NCBI RefSeq assembly: GCF_006345805.1
Contig: NC_043000.1
Location: 33,728,001 to 33,792,000, forward strand
DNA length: 64,000 nt
Direction of reading: 5' to 3'
DNA from: Octopus sinensis
Taxonomy: Eukaryota
Part shown: piece after piece, positions 1 to 12,617 of the stretch
Numbering within the stretch: position 1 is the stretch's first letter
Layout: each line of letters begins with the position of its first letter
The notes under the pieces: model-generated
Told to the model about the DNA's origin: nothing
Seen by the model: the letters and a program-made list of their open reading frames with translations, nothing else
Databases searched by the model: none
Made by a program: the position numbers and the translations under genes

Positions 1-23
1 TATATATATATATTACATATAGA

Positions 24-200
24 ATATTTCGATGGGTGTCGGCATCTTACACCGTTTATCCTTTGGAATAAAACCATGTTGTCTTCGAAACATATATCGG
101 CATCTTACACCGTTTATTCCTTTGGATAAAACCAGGTTGTCTTCGAAATATAGGTCGAAAGTAAAGGAATTTTATTAACATCTTCGTTCAACTCCATTTA
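24..200 (+). mobile_element. Degenerate copy of the 42-kb PLE terminus with an internal ~57-bp tandem duplication
   Basis: cggcatcttacaccgtttat...gttgtcttcgaaa occurs twice. The downstream gtaaaggaattttattaacatcttcgttcaac matches 43032-43065. Confidence 0.45.
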
Positions 201-440
201 TTTATTTATTAATATATATATATATATTATATATATATATATAATAAGAGTAGAAATTAATATTATTATATAATATCAATTTCAACTAGTGGTCAGCAGA
301 CTTAAAAATGTCCGAGGACCATGAATTCTATTTAAATATAAGCAAAATGAGATCATTTTGTGGAACCCTTGTATACGTTTTTACTAAGTTGGGAACACAG
401 ATTTAGTGGTAAGACTCAACATAGTGATCCCTCATATTGT

Positions 441-512
<72 letters not shown>

Positions 513-710
513 CAGCTGGAATTTACAAAAAACACAAACAATACAAAAGACGAAGACGGGGTGTGTAAACAACAAACACGTGTATTAGTTTAACCCACGG
601 GAAGTGAGGAAGTATTTTACGTTTCGAGCCTACTCTCTTCGACAGAAAGGAACACAGAAATAAGCAGAGAGCGAAAATAGAAAAAGGTTTAGAGGCTAGC
701 GATCAATCAT
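513..710 (-). mobile_element. ~190-bp microsatellite-associated repeat with a hammerhead-like motif, copy 1
   Basis: Homologous to 13515-13703 (+) and 24131-24311 (-), with partial copies at ~790-830 and ~970-1120 (+). Shared ends atgatt(ga)tcgctagcc...ttttgtaaattcc, flanked by (TA)n. Confidence 0.65.
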
Positions 711-909
711 ATATATAAGTGTATATTGTATGATATATTGCCTCAATTTTTTCTCTCTTCTGTTTGTGCCTCTTCCTTGCTGTGTTTTTCTGAGTCCCTT
801 TCTGTAGAAGAAATAGGCTATAACTCTTTGACTGCTATTTCTATTCGGTCTGTGGTAGGCATTCTTCTAAACCCTTTATCGCTTAGTATTATATATTTCG
901 TATATATAT

Positions 910-971
<62 letters not shown>

Positions 972-1552
972 TCTCCTTTTTTCTCTCTTGTTTCTCTCCT
1001 TGTTTTTTCTGTGTCCCTATATATATATATAAATAAAAGATTTTTCTATTCCTGGCCTATCTAATATATATGTTTGTTTTGTACAACCAGTCTTCATCTT
1101 GTTTTTTTTCGTAACGCTCCCTATATATATATATATATCTATATATCATATTTTAGCATCTATTTGACTTGACATATACATTATATATAGTATATATATA
1201 TTATATGATATATATATTATATATATAATCTTATATATAATATAATTCTATAGATTATATATATATTATAATATTTGAAAAGTGAGTATTGTTAACTGGG
1301 TCTCTGAGGTGTTGACTCCTTTCATAGTTCTTGTTTTACAGTTATTCATATCGTTATTCGCGTGAAATCCACGAATGGTTTGGTGTTGGCTTCCTTTGAA
1401 TGCCTTCTCTGCTGATCCTGTTTTGTATGTTGAGGTGTTGTTGGAAGGGATGGAACTAGCATACGTTTCTTTCAATGTAATTGTCTTACGTTGTAGACGC
1501 CTCTCTGCTGCGGCAGCTTCTCTCTTTGCCATAGATTAGCTCCAATCCTATA

Positions 1553-1875
1553 AAGGAGCGTGATTTAGTGGTTGCGGTATTCGGCTGACGATCGTATGAT
1601 CGTGTGTTCGATTTCCAGAGATGCGTTGTGTCCTTAAACAAGCCACTTTATTTCACTTTGCTTCAGTTCACTCCATTGGCAAAAATGAGTTCTATCTGTA
1701 ATTGAAAGGCCCAGCTTTTTCATATTCCGTGTCATGTTGACTCTCCCTGAGAACTTCATTAAGGTCACGTATACCTGTAGAATGCTCAAACACCTACACG
1801 TTAATTTCACGAGCAGGCCGCTCCGTCGACCGGATCAAATGGAACACTGGTCGTCGTAGCCGACGGAGGACCATT
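1553..1875 (+). mobile_element. SINE family C
   Basis: tRNA-like head, cactttatttcac..cagttcactc core, and the tail shared with 27950-28062. Confidence 0.7.
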
Positions 1876-2261
1876 TCAATAGCTCTGATCCAGCAGTTTT
1901 ATAACACGAAGGAGATCCTACAGACGACCAGACGAGGCTCACAAATCCATATTTGGAGTGATTCCATTGGACTTGCTGAAGACAGTACAGCACACTCTAG
2001 CGTGCAGTAATGGATGCATGGGAGCAGCGGGACCGAACATTATGCACTCTTTCTAAATAGCTATTCTATTCTTGTATACCTGTAATGGTATACACGAATA
2101 GAGTGGTCGTTAGTGGTGGCCACTGCGAAAGTAGGGAAGGTGAAGACATATAAATGTGTTTGTCTACGCATGCATACATTTATAAGCACATATATACACA
2201 CACATACATAGATATATATGCGTGTCGATGTATGTATAAACATTAATTATTAAATCTCTCT

Positions 2262-3160
<899 letters not shown>

Positions 3161-3287
3161 GCTATAATGCGCCCGTGCATGGTTCACGTCTATATAGCAT
3201 CTGAGCCAAGCAGCAGCGCGGTATATAATATCCTACAGTTTACAATTCGACTGCATGTGGTTTGTGCAACCACGGTGACAGCAACAA

Positions 3288-3319
<32 letters not shown>

Positions 3320-3399
3320 GCAGTTTTCTCGCCCTTTTTCGTTGTAAGACTTAGAATCGGTGCGACGATGTCGGGGGTCTGTGACAACAGATGCTGAAA

Positions 3400-3708
3400 C
3401 CGTTCATTCTGCTGCGCTGTTGAAGGCAGAGGTAGAACTGGTGGTGCCGATGATGTGCAGGGTGGGTTGGTGGGGGGTGCTGATGCTAGTACTAATTGTG
3501 GTTCTTTGTGGTTGATTATTGTGATGATGATGGTAATGATGGTGATGATGATGATGATAATTTTGGTGGTAATACCAACAGTGTTGGGGGGTTAGGTGCG
3601 GCTATGTGTGATGATGGTGGAGGTGGTGGTGGAGGTGGCGGTGCTGGTGGTGCTGGTAGTAATTGTGGCTTCTGTGGTCGATTTTTATGATGATGATGAT
3701 GATAATGA

Positions 3709-3743
<35 letters not shown>

Positions 3744-3787
3744 TCGATGATGACGATGTTGTGATGATGATGACGGTGATGACGATT

Positions 3788-3874
<87 letters not shown>

Positions 3875-4560
3875 GGATGATGACGATGATGGTGATGACG
3901 ATTATGATGATAGTGATGATGATGATGATGATGATGGTTGTCACACCAACAGCGTAAGAGCTGGGCACGACTTTGTGCGATGGTGGAGTCTATGGGCAGG
4001 TGTTTGCCATGTTTGATGGTGATGATGATGATGATGGTGATGGTGGTGTTGGTGGTGGTGGTGGTGGTGATGGTGATGTTGTTGTTGTTGGTGGAGGTGG
4101 TACAATTAGAAACGGTTTCGGTGGTAGTAGTAGTGGTAGTAATGATGCAGTCTCTGTTAGAGTGGAAGTAGTGGTGGTAAAGGTGGCGGGAGGAGTAGAG
4201 ATGTAGTCCGTGGTAGTAGTGGTGGAAGAGGTATGGGTGGTGGTTCCGGTGGTGGTCAGTCTAGTCTCGGGGGTCGTCACTGTTGTGGTTGAGGTAGTGG
4301 TGTTGGTGCCTACAGTTATGGTGGTGTGGTAGGGTTATGGCTGGTGTTGGACTGTGGTTGTGGTGGCAGTGTAACTGCTTAGTGCTAGGGTGGTGGTGGA
4401 GATGGTGATGTGTTGGTTGTGGTGTTGGTGGTTGTGGTGATAGTGTTGGTTGTGGTGGTGGTTGTGGTGATAGTGTTGGTTGTGGTTGTGGTGGTGGTGG
4501 TGATAGTGTTGGTTGTTGTGGTGATAGTGTTGGTGGTTGTGGTGGTGGTGGTGGTTGCGG
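3400..4560. repeat. Cryptic trinucleotide low-complexity block (GAT/GGT/GTT)
   Basis: (GAT)n and (GGT)n runs, plus repeated tgatagtgttggttgtgg units. Confidence 0.9.
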
Positions 4561-5424
4561 AATAACGTCATTGACGGTGGATGTGACATACGCAGCAGCA
4601 GCAGCTTTGACGACAGCAACTGTAGCAGCAGCAACAGCAACCGCTGCAGCAGGAAGAAGAACACCAACAGAAGCAGTCGCAGCCTCTCAGGAGCAGGAGA
4701 TGCAGCAACAGTTGCGTCTGCAGCAGTTGAAACTTCAGCAGCAACAACAAGAACACTGCATTGTTGCAATAATGACCAGAGTAAAATGTTGGACAGGGTC
4801 TGGGTGACTTTATTTGCGAGACCAGCACCGAGAGTTCGATCTACAATCGCGGAGCGGTGGATAAAGAGAGGTGAGAGGATTAGGGTAGGTGTGAGGGTGA
4901 GTGAGGAAGTGGGGGTGGGAGAGGAGTGAGGGTGGGAGAGGAGTGAGGGTAAGAGGTGATGCTGGGGTGGAAATGTGTTTGATGTATAAAAAGAAGCCAA
5001 TAATAGGAAAGAGATATGAGCGATTTTGTAGGGAAGAGAAAGTGAGGCGAAGAAAGAAAGAGAGAGGAGAGAGAGGAGGAGAGAGTGAGGGAAGAGGGAG
5101 AGATGTTGGGGGAGAAGGAGTGAGAGGAAGTGAGAGAGGAATTGAGAGAGAGACAGAGAATGGTGCAACATGAGAGAAATAAACAAAAAGACGAAGAAAA
5201 AGAGGAGGATAGGAAGGAGGAGGAGGAGAAAGAGGAGGGGAAATGAATGAAGAAGTTTAGTTTAGGAAAAAGAGGTGAAGAATGAATTATTTGTGGGAAT
5301 ATATGTGTGGGAAATATCGGAGATGAAAAGAAAATGACAATGAAAAGGAAAGAGGTAGACAAAGAGAGAGGAATAAGTTACTATCTCTCTATCTCTGTGC
5401 ATGTGTGTGGATGGGGGTGGGGGT

Positions 5425-5447
5425 GATAGATAGACAGACAGACAGAC

Positions 5448-5494
<47 letters not shown>

Positions 5495-5521
5495 CAAATA
5501 TATAGATAGATAGATAGACAA

Positions 5522-5571
<50 letters not shown>

Positions 5572-5572
5572 T

Positions 5573-5627
<55 letters not shown>

Positions 5628-6866
5628 GTAAGGGAATTCCAACCACGTGTCGTGGTTCGCTACCTCAACAGCTCCTTTTTCGGATCCAGTGGCTAAAAAC
5701 ATCATCAGGAGGAACCATGTCCGGTTTCGGCCCCTACTTCTCTACCTTTTTAGACGTCGTGCCCCCCCCCCCCTTCGGAGTGCGTTTCTTCTTTTGTTCT
5801 TTGGTTTCGTGTGTGTGTTATTATAATAGCTGGTACTTAGTATCTCACATTTGATTATTCGGATTTCACGTTTCCGATCATAAGATGTTCTGTCCTGTGT
5901 TAACTTTCTGGTCTGTACTCACTCTCTCCTTCTGTATCTTTTCGTTTTCGTTTCTGCATCTTCACTCAAGAATAACCATTCACCGGCGAATCTAGTCCCG
6001 CGGAACATACAAACAACTGCTGAAACTAACGCGACACTATTGCAAGGCAGGTTTAATCGTTAGCACGCCGGGCGAAATAGTTGGCGAGCTGGCAGAACCG
6101 TTAGCACGCCGGGCGAAATGCTAAGCCGTATTTCGTCTGTCGTTACGTTCTGAGTTCAAATTCCGCCGAGGTCGACTTTGCCTTTCATCCTTTCGGGGTC
6201 GATAAATTAAGTATCAGTTACGCACTGGGGTCAATCTAATCGACTTAATACCTATGTCTGTCCTTGTTTGTCCCCTCTGTGTTTAGCCCCTTGTGGGTAA
6301 TAAATAAATAGGTATTTCGTCTGCAGCTACGTTCTGAGTTCAAATTCCGCCGAGGTCGACTTTGCCTTTCATCCTTTCGGGGGTCGATTAAATAAGTACT
6401 AGTTACGCACTGGAGTCGATATAATCGACTTAATCCGTTTGTCTGTCCTTGTTTGCCCCCTCTGTGTTTAGCCCCATGTGGGTAGTAAAGAAATAGGTTT
6501 AAAGAGGGTGCGGGCTAAAACTACGCACTCTTCCCCTCCATTGGTCGGTTGAAGCTTAGACAGTGTCACGTGCAGCTACTGGAGCCTGCCGGCAAGTATT
6601 TGAAGGGAAATTTGGCCGGATGGTCAGTCACCAACTGACATTCGTTGACGCTGCATCGAAGAAACCAAAGAACAAAAGAAAAAAGGAAGGGGGGGACGAT
6701 GTCTAAAACGGTCAAGAAGTAGGGGCCGAAACCGGACGTGGTTCCTCCTGATGATGTCTTTAGCCACTGGATCCTATAAAGGAGCTGTTGAGGTAGCGAA
6801 CCACGACACGTGGTTGGAATTCCCCTACATCTATCTATCTATCTATATATATATATATATATAACC

Positions 6867-6937
<71 letters not shown>

Positions 6938-6960
6938 AGTCTGTCTGTCTATCTATCTAT
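5425..6960. mobile_element. Foldback element: ~180-bp inverted unique arms plus inverted (GATA)n flanks
   Basis: 5625-5808 is the reverse complement of 6661-6831. The left (GACA/GATA)n mirrors the right (TATC/TGTC)n. Confidence 0.75.
6057..6497 (+). mobile_element. Two tandem copies of tRNA-derived SINE family A, with a partially duplicated head
   Basis: ggcgagctggcagaa.cgttagcacgccgggcgaaatg...ccgccgaggtcgactttgcctttcatcctttcggggtcgat. Confidence 0.85.
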
Positions 6961-7246
6961 AGGCGCGCGCGCGTGTATGGAGACAATTATGCGGATAAAC
7001 TAATTAGATATATTAAATATAACAGTTTGGGTATGAAATACAAAATATGTATATATGAATACAAGCAAAACGAGAGAAGCAAATAATGGAGAGTTGCAGA
7101 CGATGAATATTTAAGTATATATATATAGATATTTATATTAATAGGTCCAGCTTACACAGAGTACAAACGACAGATAAAACTAAAGGGGTGGAAGAAAAGT
7201 GTAATAAGTGTAACAGCTGTTTCTGGGGGTTCGGCGATCCATCTTA

Positions 7247-7450
7247 ATGTTGGTAGATGCAGTGCATCCCAGTATGCTGTCGTAATGGAAGCAATCAATA
7301 TTGGATAAGTCGAGCCTCCGTCATCAAGGTACAAAAGATATTACGTGTTAGAACTCAATGCAGAGAAGTTCAAAGATGGTCGCTCGATTTATCCAAATAT
7401 TGATTGATTCCATTACGGCTGCATATTGGGATGAACTACATCTACCACAT
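7247..7450. repeat. Inverted repeat (~69-bp arms, ~66-nt loop)
   Basis: atgttggtagatgcagtgcatcccagtatgc..ggataagtcgagc at 7247-7315 mirrors 7382-7450. Confidence 0.8.
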
Positions 7451-7620
7451 ACATAATCCCCACAATTACCTCCATATCTGCTCGACTTCATCCCTCTTAT
7501 ACCCTTTCTTTACCCCGGAGAATCGATTCCCTATAAAGACATCGGAATCTAAGTTTGAATTCTTTGAGCACTATTAAGTGACTTCTGCGCTGAGAATCTC
7601 TGGATCTCATCTGTGTCTAA

Positions 7621-7990
7621 GGCGGAATTTGAACTCAGAACGTAACGACAGACGAAATACCGCTAAGCATTTCGCCCGGCGCGCTAACGATTCTACCAGC
7701 TCGCCGCCCTGGGGTCGATATCGACTTAATCCCTTTGTCTGTCCTTGTTTGTCCCCTCTATGTTTAGTTCCTTTTGGGCAATAAAGAAAGAAGAAACGTT
7801 AGCACGCCGGACGAAATGCTTAGCGGTATTTCGTCTGTCTTTACGTTATGAGTTCAAATTTCGCCGAGGTCGACTTTGCCTTTCATCCTTTCGGGGTCGA
7901 TAAATTAAGTACCAGTTACGTACTGGTGTCGATCTAATCGACTGGACCCCTCCTCCAAAATTTCTGTCCTTGTGCCTAGAGTAGAAAAGA

Positions 7991-7991
<1 letters not shown>
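7621..7991. mobile_element. SINE family A cluster (minus head 7621-7708, plus tail, plus copy 7794-7991)
   Basis: Same diagnostic sequence in both orientations. Confidence 0.8.
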
Positions 7992-8061
<70 letters not shown>

Positions 8062-8455
8062 CGTGCGTGCGCGCGCGCGCGTTTGTTCGTCTTTACAGTA
8101 TAAACATACTTAAACAGACCATGTGAATTTGGTAAGGAAGTATCTAAACTTCAGGAGGTGATATGAAAGTTTCTTTCAGTATTTTCTCTTCTCCAATTTA
8201 TCTTCTAAAACTATTGAAACTGGTGGCATATTTTGATAAAAAAATATTTTCTTTTTTATTATTCTTAATAAAATTCTCATGATATTTTCTGTCTGTTTTT
8301 TTTTTAATTGAAATTTGTGTGAAACCTCTTAATCTTTTTCAATATACTTACACACACACACACACACACTGGTCTTACCTATATTAATAATACACACAAC
8401 GTACCTTTACTGTTATAAACAAACTGAATATACAAATATTACATACACACACACA

Positions 8456-8532
<77 letters not shown>

Positions 8533-8573
8533 CTATCTATTGATTAAACCTCGCTAAGTTAATATATTTAAAT

Positions 8574-8636
8574 CACCTGAAGAATGACTGTAACTCGAAA
8601 TTTTAAGAATTGGACAGCCATGAAACGATCGTAGTG
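8574..8636 (+). ncRNA. Type I hammerhead ribozyme motif (PLE-type), complete core
   Basis: CAC-CTGAAGA-ATGACTGT...ACAGCCAT-GAAA-CGATCG-TA-GTG. Stem II pairs 7/8, helix III is the palindrome ACGATCGT, the cleavage triplet is GUA, and stem I has 3 bp. Confidence 0.75.
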
Positions 8637-9227
8637 TTATACTAATTATCTTTTTTTAATAATTTTGATATATATTTAAAATAATATTAATTAATTAATT
8701 AATCTTATGTATTGGCTTAAGTTTTTCATTGTATGATTTGCCTAATAGTGGTTTTATCTCTAATTTAATATAATATACACCTATCTATATATATGTGTGT
8801 GCGCGTGTGAGTGTGCGCGTGCCTGTATGTATATGTGTGTATATATTCAGTATGTTTATAGCAGTAAAGGTAGGTTGTTGTATTATTAACATAGGTAAGA
8901 CCAGTTGTGATTGGAGCAGACATTTACCGCCAGAGATTGAAATATCGACCATTAGATTTTGTACAAGTCAGCTGTTTATTGTTGTGACTAATGTATAATG
9001 ACTGTGTGGCTATTATTATTGTGTTATGAGTGTTACTTTTATCATTAATCATCTAATTTTGCAGGTTAATTCAATTTAGTCTTGATGTGTTATCCTCTAA
9101 TGTGTTTCTGTCTAGTTTTCAGTTGTGTGTGTATGTCGTATATTCCAGTTGCACCTTGATGAAAGTACATGTTATGTTGTCCACGGAGTATTGCATTCCT
9201 AAGACCAATATAACAGTTGGAGAAAAA

Positions 9228-9380
9228 GGCGGCGAACTGGCAGAGTCGTTACAAAAGGCTTAGAAAAAGGCTTAGTGGCATCTCGTCCTTCTTTACATTC
9301 TGAGTTTAAATTCCGCTAAGGTCGACTTTGCCTTTTATCCTTTCGGGGTCGAAATAGACTGCTGATATATGGAGTCGAAA
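9228..9380 (+). mobile_element. SINE family A (partial)
   Basis: ggcggcgaactggcagag...gtcgactttgccttttatcctttcggggtcga. Confidence 0.75.
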
Positions 9381-9479
9381 GTAACAAACTCCGCCAAAAC
9401 ATCAGTTGGGCGGGTTCCTACACAAGCTTAAAATAAACAAGAGTCAACATACCTTGAAGGAAACTTGTCATTTCCGATT

Positions 9480-9690
9480 TCTATGACAAACTCACTCCAA
9501 TACCAACCATATTGCAACGATGAAGACTATGATATATGGGTCTCTCTTGAGATAGTAAAGATAAGCTGCAACGGCATCTGTTGTGGCTACAAAAAGCATC
9601 TCGTAGCAAAACTTATGAGGAAGCTTTTACATGGTGTACCTCGATATAAAATTAGCGCAAAACATCGGAAGAACACGATTTGAGCATCAG
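9480..9690 (+). mobile_element. Degenerate RTE-like LINE 3' fragment
   Basis: Frame PIPTILQR*RL*YMG..DSKDKLQRHLLW resembles PPI...RRLR.AGH..RSKDE....LLW. Confidence 0.45.
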
Positions 9691-9859
9691 GCTGATGTTT
9701 ATAGTCGATCGTATTTACTGGGGGGGGGGGGGGCTGTCAATGATTAAGGGCATCTGAGTTCACTGGGAGAAGAAATTACAATTATTGGTTTGGTCTAATC
9801 CGTTTTCTGTTCTGTTTTATTAGCTTTTGAGATGGTGGTCATATATTTCATAGTTAGTA

Positions 9860-9890
<31 letters not shown>

Positions 9891-9920
9891 ATACATACAC
9901 ACACACACAACACACACATA

Positions 9921-9951
<31 letters not shown>

Positions 9952-10949
9952 AGACATATATATATATATATAATATATACACACACACATATATACATAT
10001 ATATAATATATATATAATATAACATATATATATAGTTAGTATATGTATATATGCATATGTGTATGTATATGTATGTGTATATATATATATGTATGTGTGT
10101 GTATGTGTGTGTGTGTGTGTGTGTAGTTAGTATGTATTTCATTAATGGAATATCCTCTATGTGAGTGTGGTATTTGATGGTCATTGGTGTTTAATGGTTA
10201 TTGATTACGCTTTAGTCGTGTCTGTGAATTGGTCTCTGACTTTGTGAGAATCTCCGCTGTTGTTGTTGAATGTCTGTTTTTCTCTGCAGACTTCTTCATC
10301 GAGGGATTCGCCTGTTGAGGAGAGTCGAAAGATTCGTCCACGGCCAGAGATTTCAGCACTGATCTTTTATGTATGTGTGAACATATGGTGGTCCCGTGCG
10401 TGCATGTGTATATATATGTGATTGTGTGTGTGTGTGGTGTGTGTGTGTGTGTATGTGTTTGAGTCTGTGTATGTGTGTGCATATGTGAGTATGTGTATAT
10501 GTTTGTGTGTGTGTATGTGTGTGCGTGTGTATGTGTGTGTACGTGTGTGTGTATGTGTATGTGCTTGTGTGTGTATGTGTATGTATGTGTGTATGTCTAT
10601 GTATGTGTGTATGTGTGTGTATGTGAGTATGTGTCTGTATGTGTGTATACGTGTGCGTGTGTATGTGTGTGTGTATATGTATGTGCTTGTGTGTGTATGT
10701 GTGTGTGTATGTGTGTGTATGTGTGTATGTGTGTGTATGTGTGTGTATGTGTGAGTATGCGTATGTGTGTGTATGTGTGCGTGTGTATGTGTGTGTATGT
10801 GTGCGTGTGTATATATGTGCGTGTATGTGTGTGCGCGTGCACTTATTTTTATCTTTGATGCAAACTGCTTTAAAAGGTGTCAGCTATTTTGAAACTTAAA
10901 TATTTATGACTGGTATGGGAATCCATTTTATTTCGCTGTTTTTGACGTT

Positions 10950-11560
10950 GAATTTTAGTATATAGTTGTGGTCATCCGGTGTCGTTGTTATGATGGATAC
11001 GTCGTCCACAAAACCGTGTGCAAATCGTATATCTATGGCTTTGCACCACTTTTTTTCTTCTTATTGACTCCTTCAGACATCAACAACCGTTTCACCACAT
11101 CGAGCCAGGAATCTCCGTCTCTCATTTGCTTTGTTATGTCTTCGATTTCACGTTTTGTGTCTCTGTTCCTAAACATTAGCAAAGCCATCGCCTTCGTTTC
11201 GGGTGTGGAACTTCTTAAATCATGACATTCGATATGGCTTAGGCTTCAGCACGATAGCCCTGTCTAACAAAGCTATCCCGTGTTGAGCAACAACGGCAGA
11301 GATGAATGGAATGAGTCCCTAACTCAACTCGTTAGTCTTCTACTCACATCTTGAAATGTTTTGAGTCTCATGAGAAACTGGACATAAAGATGATCCTGAA
11401 ACTCTTTCTTCATAGTTCAAACTTTGCCTCCATACAGCTTCCTTGAAACGGTCAAGATTTGTGGACTTTGAGGTCATTGATTGCCAGATTATTTGGAAGG
11501 CTGTTAGGTTCTTTTATAAGCTCTAAAACCTCTTCGCCAGACGGTCTTTGATGTTTGGTC
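10950..11560 (-). mobile_element. Degenerate RTE-like LINE fragment
   Basis: QIIWQSMTSKSTNLDRFKEAVW and KRRRWL resemble the RTE IWKS..SR.TK.RLF and RRLRW motifs. Confidence 0.5.
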
Positions 11561-11899
11561 AGATTATATAATTGTCTAAACATTGGTGTATAGATTTCAG
11601 AAATTATGGGGTTTTTTTTTTCTGTATGTTAATTTATTGTCCCATAGATATATACTGGAGTGAAGACTCCTTCAACGCCGGAAATGCCGACCCCCTATAT
11701 TCACAAATATTGGTACCTCGCTATTACAAACTTTGCAAAGACCTCTTAGGAAAACATGGAAAATCATTCATGAAACTAAAAATCGTGTCTCACTCCTCCT
11801 CCTCGTCATTGTCGTCGTCGTCGTCGTCCTCCTCCTACTACTACTACTACTACAACAACAACAACTACTACTACTACAACAACAACAACAACAACAACA

Positions 11900-11932
<33 letters not shown>

Positions 11933-12254
11933 TAACAGCAAGGACACCAACAACAGCAACACATCATCAGGTGTCGTCTGCTTTCATCAGTTTCACCACT
12001 ATATCACACCAAGTCAGTCTTCCTTGTGCTGTCCTCCTTATATCGAGATTCCACTCTATCTCAAGCCTTGTGGATATCAACTCTTCATAGCCATCCACAT
12101 ATTTCTTGTTTCCTTCCCCCCTCTCTCTCTCTCTATCTTTCTGTCTCTGTTTGTCTCTCTCTCTTTCTCTCTCCCCATTAATTCTTGTCTTCTGTTAACA
12201 AACTCTGTAATACATTTTTTCCTAATTAAGTCTCCGAAATATTTTTACTTTTCT

Positions 12255-12450
12255 CTCTTTGATGCTGTCAAATAAAATTCTTTCAGTTTTTGCCATTCTT
12301 AATTCTTCCTCATTGGTTTTGTGTTGTGTCCATGATATTCTCAAACCTTTTCTCTATACCGACATCTCAAAGACTTCCAGTCATTTGTTAATGTCCATTT
12401 TTCTGCTCCATACAGTTCACTCTGCAATACATAACACTTTAATAATCCGG
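12255..12450 (-). mobile_element. RTE-clade LINE RT C-terminal fragment
   Basis: RLLKCYVLQSELYGAEKWTLT..EVFEM..LRISWTQHKTNEEELR matches the RTE pattern LLYG.E.WTL..LEAFEM..RISWT.K.TNEEVL. Confidence 0.75.
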
Positions 12451-12542
12451 TTTTTTTCCTAGTTTCAAGATTAATGTTTCTTCATGTTAATATGTCTGAC
12501 AATATTTGTTCACATCTCTGTTTGTCTGTCTGCTTGTCTGTA

Positions 12543-12617
<75 letters not shown>

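Noticed and set aside
37-150. Direct repeats resembling a CRISPR array
   Set aside because: Only two adjacent copies with no unique spacers, in eukaryotic context. It is a tandem duplication in a PLE end.
4335-5186. 283-aa minus-strand ORF
   Set aside because: Mostly CT-rich and CAC-repeat derived, with a non-ATG start and no domain features.
6725-6820. GAAACC and CTGATGA hammerhead halves in the foldback arm
   Set aside because: The order and spacing do not allow stems I and II to form (only 4 nt between UH and CUGAUGA), and the downstream motif is GAAC rather than GAAA.
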